From NCBI GenBank assembly GCA_951406725.2, contig OX597824.1:72292001-72356000 (forward strand): a stretch of DNA of 64,000 nucleotides. The letters are read 5' to 3'. The notes under the pieces were generated by a model, which saw nothing but the letters and a program-made list of their open reading frames with translations, ran no database searches and was not told the origin of the DNA. The number at the start of each line of letters is the position of its first letter. Position 1 is the stretch's first letter. The translations under genes and the position numbers were made by a program. Source of the DNA: Octopus vulgaris. Taxonomy: Eukaryota. Positions 52,017 through 64,000 of this stretch are shown here, piece by piece.

Positions 52017-52919
52017 TTCCTAAGACCCCTTACACCAGTGATTGTTAAACATTGTGTATCTTTTCCTTTGGAAGTAGACCCCTTCTGTCTTCCATACATT
52101 ATCTCAGCTACTTCTCAATTGCAGGAGCAGCTCAACCAATGGCAATGATATCTAACAAGGAGTATAACAAATTGGATCACATGTGAAAGTAGTGTTGTTC
52201 CAACCAATGGTGATAGGACAGTGCTGTTATCTACTCGGGCAAGCTCTTCCAATTGTAACAGCATCAGTACATCGTTTGTGTGCTGATATATATGTGTGTA
52301 TGTATCATCATCATCATTGTTTAATGTCCGCTTTCCATGCTAGCATGGGTTGGACGATTTGACTGAGGACTGGCGAACCAGATGGCTGCACCAGGCTCCA
52401 ATCTGATCTGGCAGAGTTTCTACAGCTGGATGCCCTTCCTAATGCCAACCACTCTGAGAGTGTAGTGGGTTTTACATGCCACCGGCATGAGGGCCAGTCA
52501 GGCAGTACTGGCAACGGCCATGAAAAAATCGTGTTTTCTTTGCATGTCACCTGCACACTGGCACAAGTGCCAGTAAGGCAACGCTGGTAATATATATATA
52601 TATATAAAATCATCATCATTATCATTTTACATGCCAGCATCAAGTTGAACAGGTCATTTTTGCTCTCTTGGATGAACTGGGACACCACACCCACACACTT
52701 GTACATACACACGCACAGACATGTACATATAGACACAACTGAGAGGTTGGAGAGAAGATAGATGGTCATACATTCACGTATGCATATAGATAGACCTACC
52801 ATTTATCAAGTGACACAACTTTTTAATACTCTAAATTTCAGACTAAAATTATCATAAATTTAAAACTAAAGCTCATTCTCTTCTTTGTTATTTAGTACAA
52901 TACACATACACATACACAT

Positions 52920-53135
52920 ATGAAAGGCTTCTTTCAGTTTCCATCTACCAAATCCACTCATAAGGCTTTGGTCAGCCCAGAACTATAGTAGGAGACAGAC
53001 ATTGCCCATGGTGACATGCAGTAAAACTGAGCCTGAAACTATGTAGGCATTGCCCAGGGTGCCATGTAGTCGGACTGAACCCAAAACTATGTGGTTAGGA
53101 AGCAAGCTTCTTAAACATACAGCCATACTTGTGCC
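52920..53135 (-). mobile_element. SINE family B with internal duplication
   Basis: Reverse complement of family B; cattgccca..actatgt repeated. Confidence 0.7.
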
Positions 53136-54081
53136 TAAATACAGTGTCCAAAAAGGCAAAAATATGTACACTTACTGAATGATTACAAAGTCAGTGTTTA
53201 TTAAAATACATTTCATTTTCAAAATTAGAATTTAATACTTTTATGAATGCCTGTTTTCAAACTGATGACTATTCTGGTCCAAACATTGCTTATAATGTGA
53301 AACAATGGAATTGCAAACATCAAGAAACATTTTTGGTATTTGTAGAGATTCCCCATATAAATGTCAAGAGACGTGAGATCCAGTGAATATGGAGGGTTTT
53401 CCACTGGACCTCATCCAATCCATCTGTTTGGCAAAATTTCGTCAAATGTCGACCCTTACATTTATTGACCACTTTTTGTAGTCAGTAAATAAAGTAACAG
53501 TAGAGTTGCTTCTTTTTTGTTAACTCTTTCTGTCTCTCTTGTCTGTGTTTTCCTCATTTGGGAGAAATTGGTTGCGATCAGATCTGGAGAGGCCTGAGTC
53601 CTGCCACATCCAAAAATGCTGAAGACGCACCATATATCATAATGGCAGTCTTGTACTCCATCAAGAAGCATACACACACACACACACGTCTATGTATGTA
53701 TCCATGCATATATATATATATGTGTTTCACTATCCCATCAACGATGATGTATGAGCATGCAGCTTGCTGAACGACCTCCACAAATGATTTCTTTATAGGT
53801 AGCACACGAACACACTTAAAGACATTAACTTTTATATAATAGATATATATATGCACATATACATACATGTATATACATATATATACATATTTGTATGTAT
53901 GTATGTGTGTGTGTGTGTATATTATATATATATATACAGAAAGATAGATTGATAGATACAACTGAGCGGGCAAACAAAAATATGAGACACTGCCTTGGTG
54001 GCCTGGTACTTATTCTGTCTGTCTCTTCTTGTCAAGCAGTGATGAGGGAGAAACACCAACACAAAGACACACACACATACA

Positions 54082-54124
<43 letters not shown>

Positions 54125-54349
54125 GATGGATTTCTTTCAGTTTCTGTCTACCAAATCTACTCACAAGGCTTTGGTTGATTTGAGGCTATAGCAGAAGACA
54201 CATGCCACATGCCAAGTTACTACAGAGTGGTTGGTACTGAAACAAAGGCCATGTGCTTTGGAAACAAGTTTCTTACCACACAGCCACACCTGCACCTATA
54301 TATATATACACACATATGTGCAGGTGTATGCGCATATATATATATATTG

Positions 54350-55520
54350 TCCACTTGGACAAAACTAGGAATTCTTACACCCTGGAAGTCACCTTATACC
54401 AACTGCTACATAAGGAAATCACTAAAAGATATAAATTAGCACCAGATGACACCTTAAAATCTATGAACTTAGCAGCCAAGGAAATTATGAATAACTACAA
54501 CCTAGCGGACAAAACTGAACCCTTTGTGCCATCCAGACCTTGCATCACTATAAAAGACCATAAATCTAACTTCCTAACTGATACTAAAGTAAGATTAATA
54601 TGCCCTAACAAATCAGACATGTAAATTTAGCAAACTAATACTTGATAAATACATCCCTAAGCTAACAAGTAAAATAACCCTAGAATTATGGTCCAACACA
54701 TGAAGCCATTAATTGGTTCTCCAACATACAAAACAAGAGCAACTACAAATTCATACAGATGGACATAGTAGACTACTACTCCTCAATTAACCCTATGATC
54801 CTAATATATGCCAAAAATCACACAGTTGAACAGGAAGGAAATAAATGTAATATTGGAAGCGAGGAAATCACTTATTAGCTTTGTTAACAAACTCTGGGTA
54901 CGTAAAGATACCCCTAACTCTTTTGATATCACCATGGAGCCCCAGATTCAGCACAAGTAACTGATCTGGTAGGCATCTATCTGCTATCATACATATGGGA
55001 TGAATTCCCGGAACTCAAAGGCAGATTATACAGAGACGATGCACTCTTCATAATTAAGAAACCCTCAAATAGAAAACTAGAGCTTATCAAGAAAAAACTA
55101 CATAAATTCTTCAAAAGATTTGGACTATCTATCTCTATCGAAAAGAAACACACCTTTATTAACTACTTAGACACAACCTGCAGCCTAGTCACAGGACTCT
55201 ATGAAACCCAACACGAACCTCAAATACATTAATGCTGCAAGTAATCACCCCAACTTGATTAAGAGAAGCCTAGTACATAGCGTTAGCAATAGAATATCAC
55301 GCCTCTCTTCCAACATGGACATCTTTAACAGACATAAAGAAGCTTATAATTCCACACTACAGAAATCAGGATATAAACAAAAAGAATCAAATACCTAAAC
55401 CCTAAACACCCTAGAAGCAGCCCAAATAACAGGAACCCACTTACTAATACCTTTAACGCCAACCACACACAATGCACCACCACAAACTATACCAACAGTG
55501 AACACAACAGCGTCTGAAAA
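54350..55520 (+). mobile_element. Decayed Penelope-like element reverse transcriptase (Naiad-like)
   Basis: Frameshifted pieces ITIKDHKSNF..VRLICPNKSD, DIVDYYSSI, FDITM, LVGIYLL, LYRDD, YINAASNHP, SNRISRLSS. Confidence 0.85.
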
Positions 55521-55834
55521 ATGAAAGTAAAAATAATATAGAGTGAGGGAAGAGAGCTAGCTAGTTAGACAAATAAAATAGATATAGATATATAAGATAT
55601 AGACAGATATTTAGAGATACGCGTGAAAAGCGAATACATACACATCTCTATTTTATATGTTAGATGAGATTGTGATAAGTTTTTGACCAATGGATGTAAG
55701 GGAGACAATCAATTTCTGAAAGTTACTTCGCAATGAGTTATTTTCTTTTTCAATGTAAGCTAGGAACGGGGGTTTTCTGCCCCCAGGGGGTCCATAACAC
55801 ATCATGTGAAAAGTTTTAAGCATTCATCACTCCA

Positions 55835-57410
55835 TTCTCACCCCTCCATCCACTACAAACACACAGATTCACACTCATACCTCAACTTCTCCTCCCACCC
55901 TAAACACACCAAGCTCTCCATCCCCTATTCCCAATTCCTCCGTACGCGCAGTGACAACCATGACTTTGAGATTCAGTCTCAACTCATGGCTCGCTACTTC
56001 ACCCTATGTGGATATCTCTTCACCACTATCTACACTGCTCTTGCCAGAGCACATTCCATGGACCATGCATCTGCTCCCTACCCCCGCACCCACGCCGCCA
56101 TCACTCGTCTCTGGTTTCCCCTCCTTCCTACCTCTTCAACCTACCATTCTCTGAGCCTTCTGGCGACTCCAGTTCGACCCCCTAATCGACTCCTCCCCTC
56201 TTTCAAATGAGCCCACAACCTACGTGACCCTCCTGGTCCACAGTTTCTTCCCTAACCCAACCTCCTAAACCGGTTCATTCCTGTGCTCCTGCCCACGCTT
56301 CCACACTTGCCCTTACCTCTCCAACACCACTATCCTTACTGGCACTCATCATCGATCCTATCACATCACTGACTCCTTCACTTGCACTTCTAGCAATGTC
56401 ATCTACTGCATCTCCTGCTCTCTATGTCCTTCTCTGTACATCAAACAGAGCTCCACTTGGCTGACCGGTTCACAGAACACCTGGCATCAGACACAGCAGC
56501 GACACCTTGGTCTCATGCCATTTCCACTCTACCAGTTATTCTTTACAACACCTATCGGTGTTCAGATTGTTCTTGCACAGGGGCCATCCAGACTCCTGTC
56601 TTCACTGTGAGCAGGAATTAATCTTCTCTCTTTGCTCTTTTGCACCACATGGGCTCAACTCTCCTCCCCTTTTCATCTAACCCCCTCCTTTCTCCTCCAT
56701 TCCTCTCACACCTATTTCCTCCCTTCACTTCCACCCACCTCTCCTCTCCTCTCTTGCTCTGACACCTATTTCCTCTCTTCACTCCTACCCACCTTCTCCC
56801 TTCCACTCTCTCCCTTCATCATCACCCTCCATTGTTACCCCACTCCTACATATTCTCACCCCTCCATCCCTATACATCCCATCCCGCCCCCACCCCATCC
56901 CACACATTTCACTCCCACATACCTCACCCACACCCACCCTTGCTTCCACCACCCACGCCTCTCCCACATCCCAACACCATACCACACCACATCATACTAC
57001 CCCACACGCACTCGTACTGACCACTTCCCAACACCCACACCATCATCCACACACCTATACATGCACACACCTATACATGCACACACGCACACGTCAAGGT
57101 CACCAGCCCCTATCCACATGCACATACACGCTCTCACATACACACTCATGCACACTTTTGTTTGGGATCACCACCACTTCTTTTTATCTCCCCTTCTTTC
57201 TAGCTCTCCTGTCTGACCATCTCTGTCCAGCATTCACTATGATTGATCGCTAGCCACTAAACCATTTTTATTTTCTCTCTCTGCTTATTTCTGTATTCCT
57301 TTCTGTTGAAGAGCGTAGGCTCGAAACATAAAAGACTATAAAAGGGTTAAACTAATACATCTATTTGTTGTTTACACACTTGTCTTTTTTTTTTTTGTAA
57401 ATTCCAACTA
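55835..57410 (+). mobile_element. 5'-truncated Penelope-like element (Neptune-like): RT C-terminus, GIY-YIG remnant, C-rich tail and hammerhead
   Basis: HYKHTDSHSYLNFSSHPKHTKLSIPYSQFLR; FTCTSSNVIYCISC; LADRFTEHL; pyrimidine/CA-rich tail. Confidence 0.8.
57299..57334 (+). ncRNA. Variant hammerhead motif at the 3' end of a PLE
   Basis: CTTT-CTGTTGA-A-GAGC-gtag-GCTC-GAAAC-ATA-AAAG. Confidence 0.5.
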
Positions 57411-57635
57411 CATATATATTTATACACACACACACATATATATTTATGTAAATATATATGTGCATGTATATAAAATACCTTTAAAGGTGAAAAATATAAA
57501 CAATTATAAACAAGAAAAAAAAGAAAAAATATTTTGTATATATGCATGTATATATATCTATATATATGTATAAATATATACATATATGTGTAAATATATG
57601 TATGTATACATGCACACACACACACACACATTTAC

Positions 57636-57673
<38 letters not shown>

Positions 57674-57777
57674 AATTATATAATAATAAAGGATAAAATC
57701 GTTAAAAATTTTACCAGTGGCCAGTATATAAAAATAAACTTATTTAGGTGAAATCTCTATATATAAAATTGTTATAT

Positions 57778-57937
57778 ATATAATTATAATTAAGGGCATC
57801 AAAAAATCTTGCCTATATGTTGAAAAGAGACGCTAAACCATCTAACCACTTTAAATCATCACCACAATTTAAACGATTTAGTGTCTCTTTTCAGCATATA
57901 GGCAAGATTTTTTCTATGCACTTAATTATAATTATAT
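57778..57937. repeat. Hairpin with ~60-bp arms
   Basis: aaaaaatcttgcctatatg(t)tgaaaagagac / gtctcttttcagcatataggcaagatttttt. Confidence 0.85.
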
Positions 57938-58119
57938 GTGCGTGTGTGTGTGTGTGTATCTGTATATATAGAAAATATGTGTATATGTTTGTATATTTAT
58001 AAACATGCATATATATATATTTATGTGTATATATATATACACATATAGACATATATATCTATGGGGGGGGAGTATATCTGTATATATAGAAAATATGTGT
58101 ATATGCTTATATGTCAGTG

Positions 58120-59260
58120 TAATGTAATGTCAGTGTACATACTCGATAGAGCGTTAGCACCTTGAGAGAAATGTTGTACCTAAGAAGCATCAGTTGTGGT
58201 GTGCAAGAGAGACGATTGCGCTGGTATGGTCATGTGGCGAGAATGGATGAAGATAGGTGTGTGAGAAAGTGCCAATCCCTAGCAGTTGAGGGAACCCGTG
58301 GAAGAGGTAGACCCAGGAAAACCTGGGACGAGGTGGTGAAGCACGACCTTCGAACTTTAGGCCTCACTGAGGAAATGACCAGAGACCGAGACCTTTGGAA
58401 ATATTCTGTACGTGAGAAGACCAGGCAGGACAAGTGAGCCCAGCCCACTTATGAATGCCTTTCCTCCCTTGGACACAAAGACCGGTTGAGGCAAGCGAAG
58501 TCGATATAGAACCTCATCCGACGACAGACACCCATGCCAACCCCCCATGCTTGCGAAGACATGTTGGGGCAAGCGAAATCGAAATCGAAACCGAATTGAA
58601 CCAGCCAGGATCCCTGGCCTGGTGGTACGTAAAAAGCACTATCCGACTCGTGGCCGTGGCACGTAAAATACTCCAATGCGACCGTACGACAGGCACCCAT
58701 GCCAACCCCCTTTGCTTGTGAAGACATGTTGGGGCAAGCGAAATCGAAATCGAATTGAACCAGCCAGGATCCCTGGTCTGGTGGTACGTAAAAAGCACTA
58801 TCCGACTCGTGGCCGTGGCACGTAAAATACTCCAATGCGACCGTACGACAGGCACCCTTGCCAACCCCCTTTGCTTGTGAAGACATGTTGGGGCAAGCGA
58901 AATCGAAATCGAATTGAACCAGCCAGGATCCCTGGTCTGGTGGTACGTAAAAAGCACTATCCGACTCGTGGCCGATGCCAGCACCGCCTCGACTGGCTTC
59001 CGTGCCGGTGGCACATAAAATACACCAATCTGACCGTGGCCGTTGCCAGCCCCGCCTGGCACCTGTGCGGTGGCACGTAAAAAGCACCCACTACACTCAC
59101 GGAGTGGTTGGCGTTAGGAAGGGCATCCAGCTGTAGAAACATTGCCAGATTAGACTGGAGCCTGGTGCAGCCTTCTGGCTTCCCAGAACCCCGGTCGAAC
59201 CGTCCAACCCATGCTAGCATGGAGAACGGACGTTAAACGACGATGATGATGATGATGATG
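58120..59260 (+). mobile_element. RTE LINE 3' end with 3'UTR and (GAT)n tail
   Basis: ORF 58162-58437 RRLRWYGHVARM..GTRGRGRPRKTW..DL is the RTE C-terminus; tail ends ..ggacgttaaacgacgatgatgat. Confidence 0.9.
58529..58973 (+). repeat. Tandem repeat of about 2.8 copies of a 159-165-nt unit in the RTE 3'UTR
   Basis: Unit starts cacccatgccaacccc at 58529, 58694 and 58853. Confidence 0.9.
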
Positions 59261-59326
59261 TATATACATATATTTATGTGTATATATATATATTTATGTG
59301 CATATATATATATTTATGTGCATATA

Positions 59327-59368
<42 letters not shown>

Positions 59369-59388
59369 TATACATACATATATACATC

Positions 59389-59432
<44 letters not shown>

Positions 59433-59833
59433 AATACAAAGTGAGATAGGCAGACTACTTTTTGTTTCAAACAAAAGCTACCAACTCGGTGGTCGGTTTT
59501 GTTTTTTATTTCTTGAGTTAGTGTGTTTGTGTGTGTGTATATATATATTCTACTTTAAATTCAGCTGATTGGTGCTTCATTTTGACAGAAACTACATAGA
59601 ATGACAATATCATTCTGTGTTGCTGGTTCACACCTCACCTAACCAGTTTGGTTCCTGAAAGCATACTTCCTGTTGGAGATATTTTTGTGGAAAAGTAAAC
59701 ATTCCCTTAATTGCTTACTGGAAATTAGTAAAGATAAACAAATATGGCTGAGATATGAAGGAAAAATATGAGAAAAGCAAAGAAAAACTGTAATATATAT
59801 CACAGTCTATAGAATCACACAAACACACACGCA

Positions 59834-59871
<38 letters not shown>

Positions 59872-60150
59872 TGCACACACACACTCACACAGATACACAA
59901 ACTTGCATGTTTGAATTGTATGTTGCGTATACGAATATGTATATATATTATTTTATGTGAGTGTATGTACATGTACATACACACATGTATATATATATAT
60001 ATATGTATGAGTACATATATATATCTGTATATATGAATCTATGTATGTATCTATATATGTATATATGTGTATATATATATATGTAATATATATAGGTAAG
60101 TATATATATGTATACATATATATATATGTTTGTGTATGTATATATATACT

Positions 60151-60228
<78 letters not shown>

Positions 60229-60282
60229 TATGATTTTGATTTTCCAGTTTCAGCTAATGAGCTGTGGCCATGCTGGGGCACC

Positions 60283-60333
<51 letters not shown>

Positions 60334-60767
60334 ATGCATAAATATCTTTAATATGTATATATATATATTTATATGTCTGTGTGTGTGTTTACACATATAT
60401 ATACGTACATAGTTGTATGTGTATATATATATGTATATATGTGTATGTGTATATATATGAATATATTTGTGTATATGTATATGTAAGTGTTTATGTATAT
60501 ATATGTATGTATGTATGTGTGTGGGTGTATATACATATATATATGTATATATATATATATATATCATCATCATCATTTGTATATATATCATCATCATCAT
60601 TGTGTATATATATCATCATCATTTAGCGTGATGATGATGATGATGATGATATATATACACAAGTATATATACATATATATATGTATATACACCCACACAC
60701 ATACATATGTATATATACTTGTGTATATATATATATATATGTGTGTATATACATGTATTTGTATATA

Positions 60768-60800
<33 letters not shown>

Positions 60801-61382
60801 CCTCCACCAAACTGACAATTAATGGGTCACTGCTATATTTGAGGAAAACTGGTATGATTAAGGAGTGACTTTACACTCTTCACTACCTGTAAAATTATCA
60901 TCAATTACCAACACAAGTATAAGTGTTTCCAATGTAAGTGCTAAAAGATTCAATGAAAACTATGTTGTAATTGTGAGAAGGCCTTCTATGATATTTTGGA
61001 GGAAGTTGAACAAAAGCTGTGTGGTGCCAGTGTTCTTTAGATGTTCACAAAATCCAAAGGCACAGGAATATCTGTATGGTAAGTCGCTTGCTTACCAATC
61101 ACTTGGTCCCGGATTCAGTCTCACAGCATGGTACCTCAATATGACCAAAGTCTTGTAAGTGGATTAGGTGGATGGAAACTAAAAGAAGTCCATCGTATAT
61201 ATTTATATATATATATATGCAGATATGTGTGTATGTTTGTATGTCTGTGTTTTTTCCCCCATCATCACCTGAAAACCGATGCTGGTATAGGTTATGTCCC
61301 CGTAAGTTAGCAGTTTGGCATAAGACAGGTGGTGTAGACAACAAACAGATGTATTAGTTTCACGCTTGGGAAGTGAAAAAGT

Positions 61383-61418
61383 CTTTAATGTTTCGAGCCT
61401 ATGCTCTTCCACAGAAAG
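61383..61418 (-). ncRNA. Variant hammerhead motif in the left direct repeat
   Basis: Minus strand: CTTT-CTGTGGA-A-GAGC-atag-GCTC-GAAAC-ATT-AAAG. Confidence 0.5.
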
Positions 61419-61777
61419 GAACACAGAAAGAAACAAGGAGAGAAAATAGAGAGTACAAAAAAACTTTAGAAAGTATACGAAAGTTAATAAGGTCCATAAG
61501 CTTCGAATGTCGTGGTGTATTGAAGTGATTTTTCATCAACAGAGGAGTCTGGTGTAATCCGTGGGCAGGAGAGGTGCAGCTGAAGTGTATGATAATAGAA
61601 AGTCCAGGTAGAGAATCCGTAAAAGTTTGTTGGGTGATGAGAGGAGACAGGATCAACTGGTGCAGCCGTGTGAGTGTGTAATATATGGGGAGAATTCACC
61701 AAAAAAGCAAAAGACAAAGACAGGTGGTGTAGATAACAAACATATGTATTAGTCTCACGCTCAGGAAGTGAAAAAGT

Positions 61778-61813
61778 CTTTAACGTTTTGAGCCTATGCT
61801 CTTCAACAGAAAG
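61778..61813 (-). ncRNA. Variant hammerhead motif in the right direct repeat (G12A)
   Basis: Minus strand: CTTT-CTGTTGA-A-GAGC-atag-GCTC-AAAAC-GTT-AAAG. Confidence 0.45.
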
Positions 61814-62331
61814 GAACACTAGGAAATAGGGAGAGAAAATAAAGAGTACAAAAAAGTTTAGAAAGTATAAAAAACTTACGTAAAGTTCAAAAGCTTCGAA
61901 TGTCATGGTTTATTGGAGTGATTTTTTTTATCAACACACATATACATATTTACACACACATATATATACATATATATATATATATATACATATATACATA
62001 TATATACCTATATATATACATACATATATATACAAATATATACACACATATACATAAATATACATACATATATATACATATATATAATATATGTATATAC
62101 ACAAATATACATACATAATTATATATATATACATAAATATACATATATAAGTATATATATATATATATATATATATACGTGTGTGTGTATATATATATAT
62201 ATACATATACATACAGAATATATACATATATATATACAAATATATACATATATATATATATGTATATATATGTGTGTGTGTATATATATATATATATACA
62301 AAGATATAAATATATACAGATATATATGTAA

Positions 62332-62369
<38 letters not shown>

Positions 62370-62431
62370 GTATATATTCAAACATGGAAAATCGACTTTA
62401 AACGATGATGATGATGATGATGATATATCTA

Positions 62432-62463
<32 letters not shown>

Positions 62464-62469
62464 TATCTA

Positions 62470-62539
<70 letters not shown>

Positions 62540-62659
62540 CATGTATATATAAATACATAGTGAAAGTAACTGAAATTGAAACCACGTAATAGTGAAACTA
62601 TTATATCACATTACAAGAGAGATGTTATTGTTTCACTTTTGGCACATAATGAAACAGTT

Positions 62660-62865
62660 TAAGAGATAAGAGATTGCTCTGGGCTCACATTAGGGAAGAA
62701 GTTGAAAAATTTTTTTGACCCATGGCACTCCATGGAGCCTAAGTAGGGCATGTGTGAAATTTCAATGAAATCAGTTTCGTAGTTATCAAGTTTTAGTGAT
62801 GCACACATACAGACACACATACAGACAAATGAACAGACAGACATTCTCAGTTTTATATATATAGA
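62660..62865 (-). mobile_element. Non-autonomous Helitron-like element
   Basis: Minus strand begins A|TCTATATATATAAAACTGAGAATGTCTGTCTG with a GTCT/GTAT microsatellite; 3' hairpin degenerate. Confidence 0.55.
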
Positions 62866-62869
62866 TATA

Positions 62870-63700
62870 CATGGAGGGTGCAATGGGTAAATTGTTGCTA
62901 TATTATATTTTGAATTTCACCCATGTGCCTTGTTTGTTTTTGATTTTGTGGACTACATGTCATAGTAAAGTGAGCTGGGCACCTTCTGTGAGAAAGGCAT
63001 CACCATGTCACAATTTACTCTGCTAGAAATTTGGAAACAACATGCTGTAGTGCATGGCATTTGTGCAAGAAACTCCAATATGATCTGATGGTGAATAGAC
63101 AGAAAAACTGTTGGTTTGCTGTGTACCTAAAACATACCAAGAGTTATAAAAATCAAACATTCAGTTAACATCATGGTGTTTGCAGTAATTACTAGTGATG
63201 GTGACGTTATGCCTCTATTCATCTTCCCTCATGACCTCAGACTCAGCATGGAGACCTATGCCATGGGCCTGGAGGAGGTAGTGCTACCCTGGATCAAGAG
63301 GGTGACTGCTGGAAGATCCTATGTCTGGCAACAGGACTCTGTACCATGCCACAGAAGCAGGAGAACTCAGTCATGGCTGTCAGACAATTCTGGCAACCAC
63401 ATCACCCCTAACATCTGGCCACCTAACTCTCCAAACAGCAACTCCCTTCATTATTATGTGTGGAGTGCAGTTCAGCGAAAGACCAACAAATCTCCTTGTA
63501 ACACCAAAGATGAGCTGAAGGCAAGGATTATGGCAGCATTCACCAACTTAAACAAGGAGACTGTCCAGAAGAGTTGCAAGAGATTTTCAATTTTTCTGGA
63601 AGGCTTTGGTTGAAGCCAATGGTGATTTTATTGAATAAATTTACTCTTTTGTATTTCGAGATAATTTTATGTAATTTTGTGAGATATATCTGTTAAAATG
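62870..63700 (+). mobile_element. Tc1/mariner-superfamily transposase remnant (maT/DD37D-like)
   Basis: ORF 63173-63613: MVFAVITSDG, WQQDSVPCH, WPPNSPNSNSLHYYVW. Confidence 0.8.
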
Positions 63701-63745
63701 ATATGTTAGTGTTATTTTCATATATATATACATACACACACACAG

Positions 63746-63783
<38 letters not shown>

Positions 63784-63867
63784 AATCTATACATACTTAT
63801 CTCTGTAAATATTGTGTGTTTACATTTAAACATGCTTTTGTACACGAGAATATACATACATACATAT

Positions 63868-63919
<52 letters not shown>

Positions 63920-64000
63920 ATACATACGTATATATATATATGTGTGTGTGTGTGTTTATATATACACACACAGAGACATATATTCAGTGAGACAGAAAGC

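Larger units (their letters stand above)
61322..61936 (-). mobile_element. PLE pseudo-LTR / retrozyme-like element: two ~220-bp direct repeats (61322-61541, 61717-61936), period 395
   Basis: Direct repeats visible by eye; homologous to the PLE tail at 57270-57410; truncates a SINE at its left edge. Confidence 0.7.

Noticed and set aside
53340-53460. Host exon
   Set aside because: The minus strand resembles a decayed mariner WIG..GPV..PP.S.DLT.LD motif; too short to annotate confidently.
56632-57216. 194-aa Pro/His-rich ORF
   Set aside because: Low-complexity C/A-rich tail of a Penelope-like element.
58529-58973. CRISPR-like array
   Set aside because: Whole units are repeated with no unique spacers; eukaryotic context and no cas genes.
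58449-59087. 212-aa minus-strand ORF with 53-aa repeats
   Set aside because: Antisense reading of a 159-nt tandem repeat in a LINE 3'UTR.

Overview
AT-rich, repeat-dense eukaryotic DNA. The microsatellite load and the SINE/RTE/Penelope repertoire suggest a cephalopod, probably Octopus (inference). One protein-coding gene is well supported: a five-exon NUDT14-like Nudix hydrolase (UDP-glucose/ADP-ribose pyrophosphatase, 210 aa) on the + strand from 23940 to 51820, with GT-AG introns throughout. The rest is mostly repeats: several tRNA-derived SINE families, decayed RTE LINEs, a Gypsy pol remnant, two Penelope-like element (PLE) remnants, Tc1/mariner, piggyBac, hAT, Merlin-like and Helitron-like non-autonomous elements, and long TA/TG/AAT microsatellites. 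Most ORFs in the supplied track are microsatellite or repeat artefacts. The most unusual signal is a set of at least seven type-I hammerhead ribozyme motifs read by eye. Two lie in the sense strand of NUDT14 introns, two sit inside fold-back elements, and two form a 395-nt-period direct repeat resembling a retrozyme. One family carries a non-canonical CUGU-N-GA core in all three copies. Repeat boundaries are approximate unless target-site duplications (TSDs) or terminal inverted repeats (TIRs) are cited.
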